Assembly: GCA_951406725.2 (NCBI GenBank)
Contig: OX597814.1
Location: 179,614,001 to 179,678,000 of the forward strand
Source of the DNA: Octopus vulgaris
Lineage: Eukaryota
Length of the DNA stretch: 64,000 nt
Direction: 5' to 3'
In this document: positions 41,955-56,098 of the stretch, piece after piece
Layout of the letters: each line of letters begins with the position of its first letter
Numbering within the stretch: the stretch's first letter is position 1
Notes under the pieces: generated by a model
Told to the model about the DNA's origin: nothing
The model's database searches: none
Seen by the model: the letters and a program-made list of their open reading frames with translations, nothing else
Translations under genes and position numbers: made by a program

Positions 41955-43982
41955 AATATATATGTGCACGTATGTAAGTGTGTTGGTTTTTGTGCTCGAC
42001 TACAACTAACTAAATTACACTGAAGCGAATGAGGGAGACTACCAATTCGTTCCTGATGCTAGACAAATCATCTTATACAACACTAAATTCTTTAGATATA
42101 CTAAAGGATAAAATGGATAAAGTAGTTTTAGATATTATATGTTGACTTGTATTTCATTAAACAACATCAATAACTGTTTTATGTTTAATCATTAAAGATA
42201 TGCACTCAGAAAGAGATTATTTTCTTATAATATTATAATTATTCATTCATTGAAGCGTACTACTGATTAAGAAATTCTGTTTATCAGAAACACGGACAGA
42301 AGATTTTTGGTTTTATTTCGGCTAATTGGTGAATGACTTTCTTTTTTAATTATTAACAGAAGATAAAAAGGTAAAAGTTCGTGCTTATAAATGTATGTAT
42401 GTGCATAAGCGGACGTCAGAAATAGCTATTTGTGGTATCAGATTTACCGTTCCCGTAAACATATGCTTCTACCTGATTCAAATAAAAACCTTCCTTTGCT
42501 TAAGTTGTTAGCTTGTAAAATAAAAAAAGAAAACGTACTGAGTATATTGGGCAATAAACTAAGAGGAAAATATATACTGTTAATAAAAAAACATTGTTTA
42601 TGTATCATGTTATTGCTTCAAGTGTTTATATTGCTATTTTATTGATGCATGCAAGAAGATTTCATGCTTCATAATTTGCTAATCCAACTCGTGTTTAATG
42701 GATACAGGTATTGCTACATATTGTAGATCGAGTGGTCTATATGCATCCACTTACGCACAAACAGAATTTCATGAGACTTTTACTGCGGTTTAACTTTATA
42801 TGACTCCTTCGTGATCTTTATATTTACTGAATGCTACCTATAATTCGTGTTTTGATCGTGAATCACGCCGAAGGATCAAGTCAAAAGAGCCTGGCTGTCG
42901 AAATTGTAGTCCCTAGCTTTTAAAAATCCGTTATTGGGAAAAAATTTCAAGTGCATTCTATTAAAGAATACACCAGTAGATTACTGGTTAATTAAAAAAC
43001 GAAGGAACTGTATATGACTGGACGTGGGTTAGTTATTGTTGTTACGATTTTTTTTCTTACTGCTCTTGCTGTGTTTGTGGTTGCTTATCTACAGGTCATA
43101 CTCTACGTGAACAGACCTACTGCCGGTGACTATAGCACCAAGTGAATTCCATCCTTTTCAGGCATAGTACATCGTAAAAAGCATTATCAAATGCACCACT
43201 CAATATCTTTTAGTAGTAAAACATCATGTAAGGAAATTTTGGTAGCAACTTCTAACAGACGCTGATGATAAACTTCGACTCGCCAGACTTCCTGGATGCC
43301 ACACCTAATGAAAAATTACATTGAATAATTTTTGAAGTGCGGCTCATTTGATTACGTCTCATGCTGCCCAATGATCAGACATGCTTGACTCAGAGGTTCT
43401 CTCCTTCGCTAAAGTAGAAAGATGTTCTCAGTTAAGTTGAAATTCAATTGAAATAGCAAGTGTTAAATATCGTAGAATGAAACACAGTGTTGACAGATCC
43501 GATGGCCGCAAAGCAGACGATAACTATTCGTTCGTGTGTTACATCGGTTTATGGCTTAATCATCGATTTACTTCAGTAACACAAGATGTCAGAAATATAG
43601 GGAATAAATAGGGAAAAATGAAAAACGAAATAAGTATACAAAAAAATTAAACGTCAAATTGTGAATTGAAAATAAAGTGAACAATATTAATATGTTCAGT
43701 TCATGAGAGAAAGCAAGAAATTCAAGTTGACAGTTTTATGGGGAATTGCAAACTTGACACAAACTTAATCAACAAACACGTCTGTTTTAAGAGTTTTATG
43801 GAAAACGGTTTCAATTTCAGAATGTATTGAATTTAATTCATAATAAAATATAAAAGCCAGAAAGAGTTATTTATTGCCTCATATATTATTTATGTATACA
43901 AACACGTAAACGCCAACTCGAACACTCATATATGCCCATGTTCCTAGATAGCTTATATATGGGGAGGAGTGCGCGCGTGTGT

Positions 43983-44188
<206 letters not shown>

Positions 44189-45040
44189 TAACAGTCAGAT
44201 ATCGAAACATAATTGCAGGGAAAAGGTATAAGAGAAATTATGCTCTGAATTCTCAACTGATATTATCTAATTCTAGTTAAAGTTCTCAGAATTAGTAAAT
44301 CAAGGAATTCACAATAAATGGGCACACACACATCTAATTGTCTGTTTTTATACATCTTTTATGGTTTGTTTATAAATATATGCGCGCACACGCACACACA
44401 GACACACACACACATATATATACATATAGATATATATATATTATATACAAGCATGGGAAATTGCTGTCATACGAATTCTACTTCACAACATAAATTTCAA
44501 ATATTTCAATGATATTTTCTGAAGTAAATATGGCTGTAGGCGTCAATGAAACAAGGAATTAATATAAAATTTACTTTAATTTTTTTTTCTGCGACAATCG
44601 TATACGGTGAAGAATTGAATAATGAATAAATTAACCAATTCATATACTCATATTTTTTTCCAAATATATATGTATATGTGTGCATGTGAATGTATGTGTA
44701 TTCTTCTCGTACTGTGCAATTCATCTTCATCATACACATCATCATCATCATATACATCATCATCATTATTGTCGTAGTCGTCATAATTATCTTTATTAAT
44801 ATCATTAACAATAATAATATCATTAACGATAATAATAATAATAATAATAACAGCAATCAAAACAACTGCAACAATAACAGTAATAACAACAACAATAACA
44901 ATAATAAATATAATCCTTTCTGCTATAGGAACTAGGCCTGAAATTTGGAGGAGGGTATAGTCATTTACATCGATCCCAGTACTCAGCTGGTGCCTATTTT
45001 ATCGAACCCGAAAGATGAAAGGCAGAGTAGACCACAGCGA

Positions 45041-45116
<76 letters not shown>

Positions 45117-45133
45117 TGGTCAAGTGGTTAGCA

Positions 45134-45205
45134 TCCCATGTGGTCTAGTGGTTAGTATTCTTGGCTTTCACCCAGGAGGCCCGGTTTCGATTCCCGGCAT
45201 GGGAA
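45134..45205 (+). pseudogene. tRNA-Glu(TTC) pseudogene or retrocopy
   Basis: 72 nt, tcccatg/catggga acceptor stem, anticodon loop cTTTCac; G23>T and G53>T break the D and T stems; no CCA and no poly-T terminator. Confidence 0.85.
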
Positions 45206-45207
45206 CG

Positions 45208-45528
45208 CTATGCCCTGATGCAGTACCAGGCAGTGGCCTTCATGCCTTCTGATCTTAACTGATTGGAAGTGTTATCATATACTTTGTTTTGTCTTGGTAT
45301 AAAAGATGGGCTACAGCAAATATTCTGCTCAATACCACAGATTTGCTTGTCAGTTTTTTTACCTTAACCAGTTGAGCATGTCCCTTAGTGGCTGACAATA
45401 TGTGCATCTCTGACCACGAGCAGAAGTAGTAGAGGAGAGTTATAACCATGTGTTGAGAGGGATTCTCTGGAGTTTGAATAATTCCCCTCGGGAAACATAG
45501 GTGTTTCGTTCAACCTCCTTAAATAACC
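45208..45528 (+). mobile_element. Family D 5' portion, directly after tRNA-Glu
   Basis: Reverse-complement match to 22700-23024. Confidence 0.88.
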
Positions 45529-45600
45529 TCTGTCACTTTTGTGACCTCTGTTAATTTTGCGTTTAGCTTCTAATTGCTAATAAGCCACCGTTTTAATTTG

Positions 45601-45651
<51 letters not shown>

Positions 45652-45654
45652 TTG

Positions 45655-45880
45655 TGTTAACTGTTTCAATCATTTGACTGCGGCCATGTTGGATACAACC
45701 TTAAAGGCTTTTTAGTCGAAGAAATCGACCCCAGATCATATTCTTTGTAAGCCCAGTATTTATTCTATCGATCTTTTATACAGAACTGCCAAGTTACAGG
45801 GGCGTAAACATACCAACGTCTGCTGTCAAGCGATGACGGTAGGGGGCAAACAAAGACGGAGACACACATAAATATATACA

Positions 45881-45934
<54 letters not shown>

Positions 45935-46163
45935 TTAAATGAGGTATGACTGCCCTTACTGCCGAAACAGCTGTCAGATATGATATAATCACATATTTTA
46001 TTTTATATTTTATATTTCTATTTCCTTGTCTATTTATATTTACTATATATTTTGTATAATGCCTTTACTGATATGTAATGGTGTAATAAAGTATTGATTG
46101 GGTATCATCTGTTAGTTGATGTTTTATTGATTTAAGTATGTTTCTCCATTTTCTAATTTTGTA

Positions 46164-46199
<36 letters not shown>

Positions 46200-46360
46200 C
46201 GGGATTCTTTTAGTTTCCCTCACCAAATCCACACACAAAGCCTTGATCGGCCCGAGGCTATTGTAAAACTCATTTGCCGAAAGTGCCACGCAGTAGGACT
46301 GTACGCGGAAACATGTGGGTCGGAAGCAAACTTCTCACTACACAGCCGTGGCTGCGCCTA
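45655..46360 (-). mobile_element. SINE family C interrupted in its (TA)n by an HHR-relic insert (45932-46165)
   Basis: Tail at 45655-45875 and head at 46190-46360. Confidence 0.75.
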
Positions 46361-46373
46361 TATACATGCATAT

Positions 46374-46426
<53 letters not shown>

Positions 46427-47136
46427 CACAAAATATCTAAGGATAGTACTTCAAACTTCACATTTTAAGCACTTGTATGTAAAATTTTAAACATATATTC
46501 CTATCACTTTCTTCTCTCTTTCTCTTTCTTCCTCTCTCCCTGTCCTTCTGTCACACGCGTGTACGTGTGTCTATGTGTGTCTGAGAAAGGCAAACAAATA
46601 GAAAGAGCGTAAGAATGACTGACAGACAGAGCTCGTATTTTCTACTTCTTACGACAGACAAAATTACGACTGTTCCCCAGACTTTGGTTGTTGTTGCTAT
46701 TACTTTTATTTCCACCGATGTGTCATCACCGATTGAGATTTGTGATTGGTTCCTGACTCATTCCCGGCAATAATGTATATTGATTTTATTGCTAATTTGT
46801 CATTAACTAGTAGTATATCTAGTAATTATTTGAAAAAGATATACATCATACCCAGTACTCGAAGGAATATCATTTGATATATTCGATAATGTCGCATTAG
46901 ATTCATGGTAACTGGGATAACTCATATGAAAGTAGTGAATTGTCGAGTCTGAAATGTTTCAGGATGCTCTATCTAAAGGCGTAATTATTTTTTACAGAGG
47001 ATCCTAATTAGATAAGTCGTTAGAACAACTGGAAACCGAAGCATCATAGAAAGTATCACTATTTAGTCAATATTGATGGTATTTGTGCTTGAAATAAGAG
47101 CGAAATCTCGTTCAACTCACTTCCCAAAGCTTTTAA

Positions 47137-47204
<68 letters not shown>

Positions 47205-47283
47205 GTAGGCATGTATGTATATATATGTAGGTAGGAAGATAGACAGGTAGATAAGTAGGTAGGTAGCAAGCTATCTATCTAGG

Positions 47284-47363
<80 letters not shown>

Positions 47364-48423
47364 CAGATGGACGGACGGATGGACGGACGGACGGACGGAC
47401 GGGCAGACGGACGGACGGACGGATGGATGGATGGATGGATGGATGGATGGATGGATGGATGGATAGAAATGTATAATGTCTTGTTTGGTCATAGTTTATC
47501 CTGATTTCTATGGCATATTTCCGAATGAGAGTATAATACTTCACACTACAGACGCTGAGTCAAAAACATCTCTATACAAAATGGGGTGATAACAACCTGG
47601 ACCGTTGTTTGTCTTCTTAATCGGGATATGTCGAGAGTCAAGCAATAATAACCAACATGTGTATAAGAGATAGAAATGAAAAATTACGAACTGATGAGTC
47701 ACATATAGTCGCTAGAGTTACGTCAACACTGATGCCGGCAGTCAGTGCAAGTGATTTCATTTGTGGAGACAGCTGTAATAATGTATTAGTCCTTAGATAT
47801 TTCTCTTAGATGTAATATCTATGGCAGGCATGGGAATTTCATCTGAACAGAACAAAGCATATATTTGTGAAATCAAAGATTTACCACTATTCATTAGCTT
47901 CTATAATCTTGAAATTATCGATATTCACAAGTTCTTCTTAAGCATCTTAATCGTATGATCAGCAATTAGCGAACTAAACTTCCAATTTGAATATTACTTT
48001 GCATTTTATATCGCATTTGGTTAAAGGTTCTTAAATCACTTTGAATTTCTGACAACGGGAGTTAAAGAAGGTTGTCTGAAACTCGGGGCTAAACAAATAT
48101 CGACCTCGAAACCTTATAGCATATATTGCGAGTGCAAACAATTTATAATACTATTTTGAACGACAAAAGTAATGTGATCTGCTAGAAATAATAACCAAAC
48201 TACTTTTAAATAATCCATTCTACTCTGGGTACAAGGTTATAAATTGCTCTTAGATAATATCGTATCATCATAAAAGAGATATTTACTAATATCTGGCGTA
48301 AAAACAAGTTGGTCACGTGGCTAGAACATTATTTCTTATACGAATATTAAATCAGAGTGGAGCTGTGGCTAAAGGCTATAAACAACATTTCTCAAGTACC
48401 TTCAAATTTTGATCATGATGACG

Positions 48424-48424
<1 letters not shown>

Positions 48425-48490
<66 letters not shown>

Positions 48491-48534
48491 TAATAATAAT
48501 AATAATGATAATAATAATGATAATGATAATAATG

Positions 48535-48598
<64 letters not shown>

Positions 48599-48641
48599 TA
48601 ATAATAATAATAATAATGATAATAATGATAATGATAATAAT

Positions 48642-48715
<74 letters not shown>
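48425..48715. repeat. (AAT)n/(GAT) microsatellite
   Basis: Direct reading. Confidence 0.95.
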
Positions 48716-48716
<1 letters not shown>

Positions 48717-48737
48717 AAAAATAACAATTTTTTAAAT

Positions 48738-49056
48738 AGTAAAGATCCCCTTCGATCATGAATGATCATGGGATAGCACGTAGTAAGTTCGCCTCCGAAG
48801 CATAAATCCGGGTAAGCTTGTTTATGAAAGACCAACAGTTGCCCATGCATACCAGCCTCTCCTCTACGATGTTATCCAAGGGAAGAAAGACAACCGATAC
48901 TGCCTGGCACCAGTGACGTCGCAACTCATCTTCACAACTAACTGGAGCGACATGAAATAAAGTGTCTTGCTCAAGAACACAACGCACATCTCTGTCGGGA
49001 AACGAACTCACGACCTCGTGATTAGAAGTCTGATGCGCTAGCCACCGAGCCATGCG
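48738..49056 (-). mobile_element. tRNA-derived SINE
   Basis: gcatggctcggtggctagcgc...gtgagttcgtttccc...ttgtgttcttgagcaagacac. Confidence 0.75.
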
Positions 49057-49429
49057 ATTTCGATATATGAGTGCATGAAGGAGAGGATTAAAATGAAATG
49101 AGAAAAGGAAAAATATAAAACAAAGAAAATACAGGTTTAAGAATAAAAGACTAAAAAATCTGCATCTATTTGCGATGGATGTGTGAATGTACTTTGAGTT
49201 CAGGTATGGATGTTCCTATGAAGTTACACTGGGTACAATGATGATTTTGATTTTGCCTGGGATTGGGCAAATGTGTCTGTTGATTGCAGGATATAATTCT
49301 TTTATTGTACTGTTTCTTCAACTCAAGTACTTTTGACATATTTCATATTTTACAACATGCATGTCGATCTAGGTAATAACTTTTCCAAGATGTCAAATTA
49401 AGCTGTAGAGACTTTAGTGTTTGTTTTTA

Positions 49430-50000
49430 CTTATCCTTATATCTAAGGATGGGCCTTCCTTTACTGCGGTGAACCCCTACTTGTTGGCCATACAAAAGGA
49501 TTTTAGGAATGCATTACTCTTTCTTTCGAACAACACGGCTTACCCATCTGAACGGAATTCTCATCAGCATGTTTTTGATACTGAAGTTATCACATTTTTA
49601 CTAAGATTTTGACATTTGGATATCTTATCTTGTCATTTTATGTTGCAGATATTGCGATAGACAACACATTTGAAAGGTTTCACGTCTGTAATAGGGAGTA
49701 CATGCTTCTGCCCCATACAAGAGTATACGCAAAATACAAGGTTTGTATACACTTATTTTAGTTTTCAGACTGACACCATGTTCATCCCACAAACGATAGG
49801 GAACTTTTCTAAAAGCATTTTTGCCTTAGATATTCTAATATTGATTTCGTCATCAAGAGTACTATTAAAGCTTTACTGTATTTCCAAAACATTTAAATGA
49901 CCTAACCCATTTGAATGGCTTATTGTCAATCATCACATTTGAATCTTGAGTATGTTTTGCCCCAGGCTTTGGAATAAAACATCAGTGTTCATGATGCTTA
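49430..50000 (-). mobile_element. Degraded RTE LINE remnant
   Basis: DDEINIRISKA, RLWDEHGVSLKTKISVYKPCILRILLYGAEA. Confidence 0.65.
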
Positions 50001-50014
50001 TAGTTAGTCTAAAT

Positions 50015-50245
50015 AGGCGGCGAGCTGGCTGAAACGTTAGCACGCCGGGCGAAATGCGTAGCCGTATTTCGTCTGCGGTTACGTTCTGAGTTCAAATTCC
50101 GCCGAGGTCGACTTTGCCTCTCATCCTTTCGGGGTCGATAAATTAAGTACCAGTTACGCACTGGGGTCGATATAATCGACTTAATCCGCTTGTCTGTACT
50201 TGTTTGTCCCCTCTGTGTTTAGCCCCTTGTGGGTAGAAAAGAAAT
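50015..50245 (+). mobile_element. SINE family B
   Basis: Full head and core; agtctaaat repeated on both flanks. Confidence 0.9.
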
Positions 50246-51014
50246 ATATCGTCAGTCTAAATGCACGAGCTACTGCAGCAAACCTGTCGAATGCTTCCGT
50301 AAAGAGACGATAAAAGTGATTTCACATTTCATACAATGTTATAAAATATTATGTATGATCGTGCATTCAAATTATGACATTCGAAGTTAATGAACTGTGG
50401 GAATATTAACACAAATTTCGAATATGTCAGTATGACTTTCTAATTTCTTCATCTAAATTATTATCTTTATTATTCACTGTGCAGGGCTTATATTAAGCTT
50501 ACTGGATCTTACCTGGGAGTCGTGAAGTACTCTCTTTAATATTAATCGAAGTCTTATGGATTTCCTTTTGATTTTAGAATTCTACGCTGCCCATGATCCT
50601 ACGTGATGTGCTAATGAGCCGATACCCAAGATTGTAATTATCTATTCAATCCTTCTCTTGCTCTTCTCCTACCCCCAGTCTCTTGATCTCCCCCACCTCC
50701 AGTCTCTCGCTCCTTCTCTGTCTCTGTCTCTCTCTGTACTGTGAGTAGATATAGATTAAGGAAGCATATGTACTGACATGAATGATAATTTTCACAGCTT
50801 TTCTTTCTGCTGAAACTCTGTTTTTGTCAATCTTAGCGTATCGATAGCAAAATACCTATTCTAAGATTGTAAGATGTGAGTTTTGGTACAGTCGGTTACC
50901 GTTTCGAGTAGACTGGCCACGGCAGAGAGAAAGAAATTCCCTCGGCATTTTTTTCTTACTTCAATATTAAGGATGAATCATCACATTTTAAGAACCTACA
51001 CACACAAACATATT

Positions 51015-51410
51015 TACTCTCTCTCTTTTACTCTTTTACATGTTTCAGTCATTTGACTGCGGCCATGCTGGAGCACCGCCTTTAGTCGAGCAAATCGGCC
51101 CCGGGACTTATTCTTTGTAAGCCCAGTACTTATTCTATCGGTCTCTTTTGCCGAACCGCTAGGTGACGGTGACGTAAACACACCAGCATCAGTTGTCAAG
51201 CAATGCTAGGGGTACAAACACAGACACACAAACACATACATACATATACATATACATATATACGACAGGCTTCTTTCAGTTTCCGTCTACCAAATCCACT
51301 CACAAGGCATTGGTCGGCCCGGGGCTATAGCAGAAGACACTTGCCCAAGATGCCACGCAGTGGGACTGAACCCGGAACCATGTGGCTGGTTAGCAAGCTA
51401 CTTACCACAA
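51015..51410 (-). mobile_element. SINE family C
   Basis: Reverse-complement match to 11841-12250. Confidence 0.9.
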
Positions 51411-51482
51411 TGTCACTGTAGAATGTGTTTACGTTTACGTATGTAATTCGTATAAGCATTAAACTCAATAGATACGCGAAAG

Positions 51483-51528
<46 letters not shown>

Positions 51529-51588
51529 TATATATGTATATGTATATGTATGTATATATGAATGTATGTATGTATGTCTCTCTCTCTG

Positions 51589-51642
<54 letters not shown>

Positions 51643-51809
51643 TATCTCTTATCTTTTACTTATTTCAGTCATTAGACTACAGCCATACTGGGGCACCACG
51701 TTGAAGAATCTTTAAGCCTCTTATTTATTCTATCGATCTTTGTTGCCGAACTACTAAGACAGCGGGGATGTAATCACATGAACACACAGACAGATGCGTA
51801 CACGCACAC

Positions 51810-51889
<80 letters not shown>

Positions 51890-52011
51890 ACGTACTACGG
51901 TTGGCATTGTTACTAATATCAAACTTGTGCAAATACACTTATACAGATGTTTGCCGTTCTTACACTCTGCATAGTTGTGCATGTTGCATACGTCTAGATG
52001 TATAACCTAGG

Positions 52012-52081
<70 letters not shown>

Positions 52082-52094
52082 CGTGCGTGTGTGC

Positions 52095-52845
52095 CAGTGC
52101 TCTACCAACATGCTCAAGCAGGACATGGAGGCTCGATTAATAGCATAGAGTTTAAAATTTTACGAACGCATAGAACTGACACGACTCTTAGACAGATCGC
52201 AGAGGCTACACACATAGCACTAGACAGACCGAGCCTCAATAGGAAGCACGAATCGAACAGTAACACCCACCACCACACCACATGACTAAAGACAGACGGA
52301 GGGAGAAGAGAGAGGGAAAAAATAATTGATAAAGCACAGATACAAACAGGGTAATGCACATACAATAGATATATATGCGCATACCTGTGATACGTATAAG
52401 AAACAGAGATAGATAGCACTGTGGACGAACACACAAACACAGAGAGATACAGGAACTACTAAATTTTGGGGTTCTTGGGCAGCAGCAGGGTCAAGGAGGA
52501 GAGAATATCAGGCTGAGGAGGTCATACAGCTACTAAGAACAATGACACACACAGGCATACACATCACACAAAAATACACACATGCACACACACCTACAAA
52601 CATGGGCGCAAACGCATGCGCACATAAGAATACACATCATGAAAGAGAAGTATGAAATAAGTGGAGCAACAGGACACACGAAGACAAGAACTGTCGCTGA
52701 TGAGGTCACAGATGTGTGACGAAAGATTTCCGGATAACGAACATGAGTTTCCGGACAAAGAACAGTAAAAAACGAGTTAAGAACAAATATATAGTGCGTG
52801 AGTTTATTTGGCAAAAGAAAAATAACCAATGCGAAATACAACAGT
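52095..52845 (+). mobile_element. Penelope-like (Naiad-type) 3' fragment: GIY-YIG C-terminus, 3' UTR and HHR-like motif (52692-52734)
   Basis: LYQHAQAGHGG..FKILRTH..RQIAEA..LNRKHE aligns with 25315-25470; CUGAUGA-g-gtcaca-gatg-tgtgac-GAAA; joined to (GT)n. Confidence 0.78.
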
Positions 52846-52919
52846 ATATATGTATATATATATGTGTGTGTGTGTATGTATGTGTGTGTGTGTGTGCGTG
52901 TGTGTGTGCGTGTGTGTGT

Positions 52920-53110
52920 GTGTTTGTCACGACCACCATCATTTGACAACCGGTACTGGTCTGTTTACGTCCCCGTATACGACGGTTCGGCAAAGAGACC
53001 GATAGAGTAAGTATTGGGTTTAGAAATAATAAGTCCTGGGATCGATTAGTTTTGACTAAAGGCAATACTCCAGCAAGGCTGCAGTCAAATGACTGAAACA
53101 AGTAAAAGTA
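52920..53110 (+). mobile_element. SINE family C, 3' half
   Basis: tttacgtcccc..ggttcggcaa..tgactgaaacaagtaaaag. Confidence 0.8.
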
Positions 53111-53223
53111 TAAGAATATATATATCACCGTATACACTCACACGCACACGTACTCACATGCACATGCACGCACGTATATACATATGTATTCATACGTACA
53201 CATATACATAAATATATACATAC

Positions 53224-53279
<56 letters not shown>

Positions 53280-53632
53280 GTTCCTACCTTCGTAGCTACA
53301 AGTGTTACAGTTCTCTTTTTCTCCGAGTCATGTTATTTTAAGAGAAGGTTAACCTTCGTAAACAAGTCCCAGATGTTATAGTGAGTAGCTTTTCCAGCGA
53401 AGATACGCAAGTGACTGATGTACGTCTTCGTTTATATGCGTTCAAGTTTCAGATTTATGCAGGTGCATACATACTGTAGAGGTGAGGAATGATTCAGTTA
53501 AATAAAGGGAGTCGACCATATAATCTGTCCGATATCAGGCGAGGCGCTAAGCAAGTGACGATAAGTAAATATATACATACGCATGCACACACATGTATAC
53601 ATATGTATATGTGTGTCTATGTATGTGCTTTC

Positions 53633-53701
<69 letters not shown>

Positions 53702-53706
53702 TATAT

Positions 53707-53833
<127 letters not shown>

Positions 53834-53901
53834 AGAGAGACAGACAGAAAGACAGCGAGAAAGAGAGAGGGAGAGAGAGATACAGACAGACATTGATGGA
53901 C

Positions 53902-53933
<32 letters not shown>

Positions 53934-53934
<1 letters not shown>

Positions 53935-54268
53935 TGTTTCTTTATTAGCCACACAGGGCTGCACACAGATAGAACAAATTACAAGGTAGAGCTTTTCTTT
54001 TGAAGGTTTAAAAAAAAAAAAAATAAAAAAAAAGGAAGGGGGAGTTTCCGATCAAAAGGGATCGTAAAAGGAGAGAAAGAGGACAAAAAAAGGGGGGTTA
54101 AAAAAAAGGGGAGAGAAAAAAAATTGATCAATAGGGATCGTTATCACAGAAATGTCAATATGAAGTGTAAAGGGGAGGACAGGTGAGGTTTACCCGTGGA
54201 AAGAAAAGCCTACGGAAAAGACCACGGTAACCTCGGTCAATGAAGTCACATTTTATATTTCTTTTTTT

Positions 54269-54269
<1 letters not shown>
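53934..54269 (-). mobile_element. LINE-like 3' UTR fragment within (GATA)n
   Basis: Minus strand is T-rich and ends tgtgtggctAATAAAgaaac, then (tatc)n; (GATA)n on both sides. Confidence 0.55.
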
Positions 54270-54351
<82 letters not shown>

Positions 54352-54354
54352 GCC

Positions 54355-54446
<92 letters not shown>

Positions 54447-54461
54447 TTGACTTAGTGTCTA

Positions 54462-54800
54462 GGCCCGGCTGTGTGGTAAGAAGTTTGCTTCCCAACCTCA
54501 CAGGAATGGGTTCAGGCCCACTGCGTGGCACCTTATGCCAGTGTCTTCTACTATAGCCTCGAATCGACCAAGGTCTTGTCACTGAAATTGTCAAACAAAA
54601 ACTGAAAGAAGCCTTTCGTATATATGTCAGTGTGTGTTAGTGAGTGTTTGTGCCTGTCCTCTACCACCGCTTGAAAACCGGTACTGGTTTGCTTATGTCT
54701 CCAAAAGAAACCAACAGAATAAGTACTAGTCCTCAAAAAACATGAGTAAACCTCTCAAGGCGGTGTCCCAGCATGTCGAATGACTGACACAAAAAGGTAG
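54462..54800 (+). mobile_element. SINE family C, diverged
   Basis: ggctgtgtggtaagaagtttgcttcccaacc..cactgcgtggcacc. Confidence 0.78.
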
Positions 54801-55169
54801 AAAAATGTATAAATGTATGATTCGACTCCTCAAGAAAGCAAGTGACTGAAATTTGAAGTTAACAATTCCACAACCGCAACTATATGATTTTGTCTGTTAC
54901 TAATAAAGTTATGTGCTTATTAGCTATATACTTCTACACGAGGTTCTCTCTCCATATGGATACTGTAGTTTCCTGGCTTTTTGCATTGCGTCCACGTTAA
55001 ATAACATACACAGAACTCTATTTTGAACTAATCCGGAGTCTCTCGCTAATAACGAATTTTTACTCTGTCTACTAGTTAACTGCGACACCAGTGATTAGTT
55101 AATCATTTTTTAAGTATCAATAGAGGGTGACTTTCTCTAAGCTTGTTATTGCTCTACTCTACTTGTTAC

Positions 55170-55350
55170 TGCTCTTAACCACTACGCCATATGCTCGTGG
55201 GCATATGGCGTTGTGGTTAAGAGCGCGGACAACTAACCCCAAGATTCTGAGTTCGATTCCAGGCAGTGACCTCAATAACAATAATAATAATAATAATATT
55301 AATAATAATAATAACAACAACAACATCAAAAATACCCCAGGAATAAGAAA
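55170..55350 (+). mobile_element. Family E head, (AAT)n and start of tail, preceded by an inverted duplicate of the head
   Basis: gctcttaaccactacgccatatgctc-gt-gggcatatggcgttgtggttaagagc fold-back; B box gagttcgattcc. Confidence 0.8.
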
Positions 55351-55900
55351 CACCCACCCTTAGTGGTTAGCCATATTGAGATGGCAAGTATACCTCACAT
55401 TGTAGTGCAGTTACTGTTTATACCTCGTTCAGAGATTTATCATTGTCTATTTATAATTTTAAATACAAATTTATCTAAACTCGTTTTAATTTACATAGCA
55501 TAAGGGAGTATAAGCCAATTAATATCTATCGTTTTCCCCGTAATCTTACCATATAACACAATTTTTTTTGCTGCTCGAGTGATGAATTCTATGTTTATGC
55601 TTATTTGTATTAAACATCTTATTATCTATGCTATACACGTTAGTCCCGCCGTTGGTGGTGCTACCACAAGGTTTCTGCTTATAATGCTATAAGTTATTGT
55701 TGTTGCCATCGTGATTAGTAATACTATTGTCATCAATCATGGCTCACTTTGTTCTCATCGTTTTTATTGCTATTATTAGTTTTTATTATTGGTGTTGCAA
55801 GTTCCATTCTTGTTAGTGTTGGGGACTATAAGTTTCTGTAATTTATTACTTAATTTAGGTATATATTTCTATATTCTTTATGATTGCCAATAATGTTATT

Positions 55901-56098
55901 AATCGAACTCGGAATCTTGAGGTTAGTTTCCCGCGCTCTTAACCACTACGCCATATAGTCTTAGGAATGAGAACCCAAGTTCGAAATTTCCCCGAGACAC
56001 CTGATAAAGGCTGGAGCGTATATCAGCCGAAACGTTGTGTTAACAACAAACAAGATGAGGACAAATATCCGTCAAATGTAAATAATGAAAATAATGTA
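55901..56098 (+). mobile_element. Family E: inverted head fused to HHR tail (HHR 55996-56041, G8>A)
   Basis: gacac-CUGAUAA-a-ggctg...cagcc-GAAACGUU^gtgtt; the tail matches the reverse complement of 35633-35768. Confidence 0.82.

Noticed and set aside
45134-45205. Functional tRNA-Glu gene
   Set aside because: D- and T-stem mismatches, a damaged B box, no terminator, and a position between a microsatellite and a repeat.
47690-47720. Isolated CUGAUGA words (also 43262, 56638, 59447, 63826)
   Set aside because: No paired stem II or GAAA; expected by chance.
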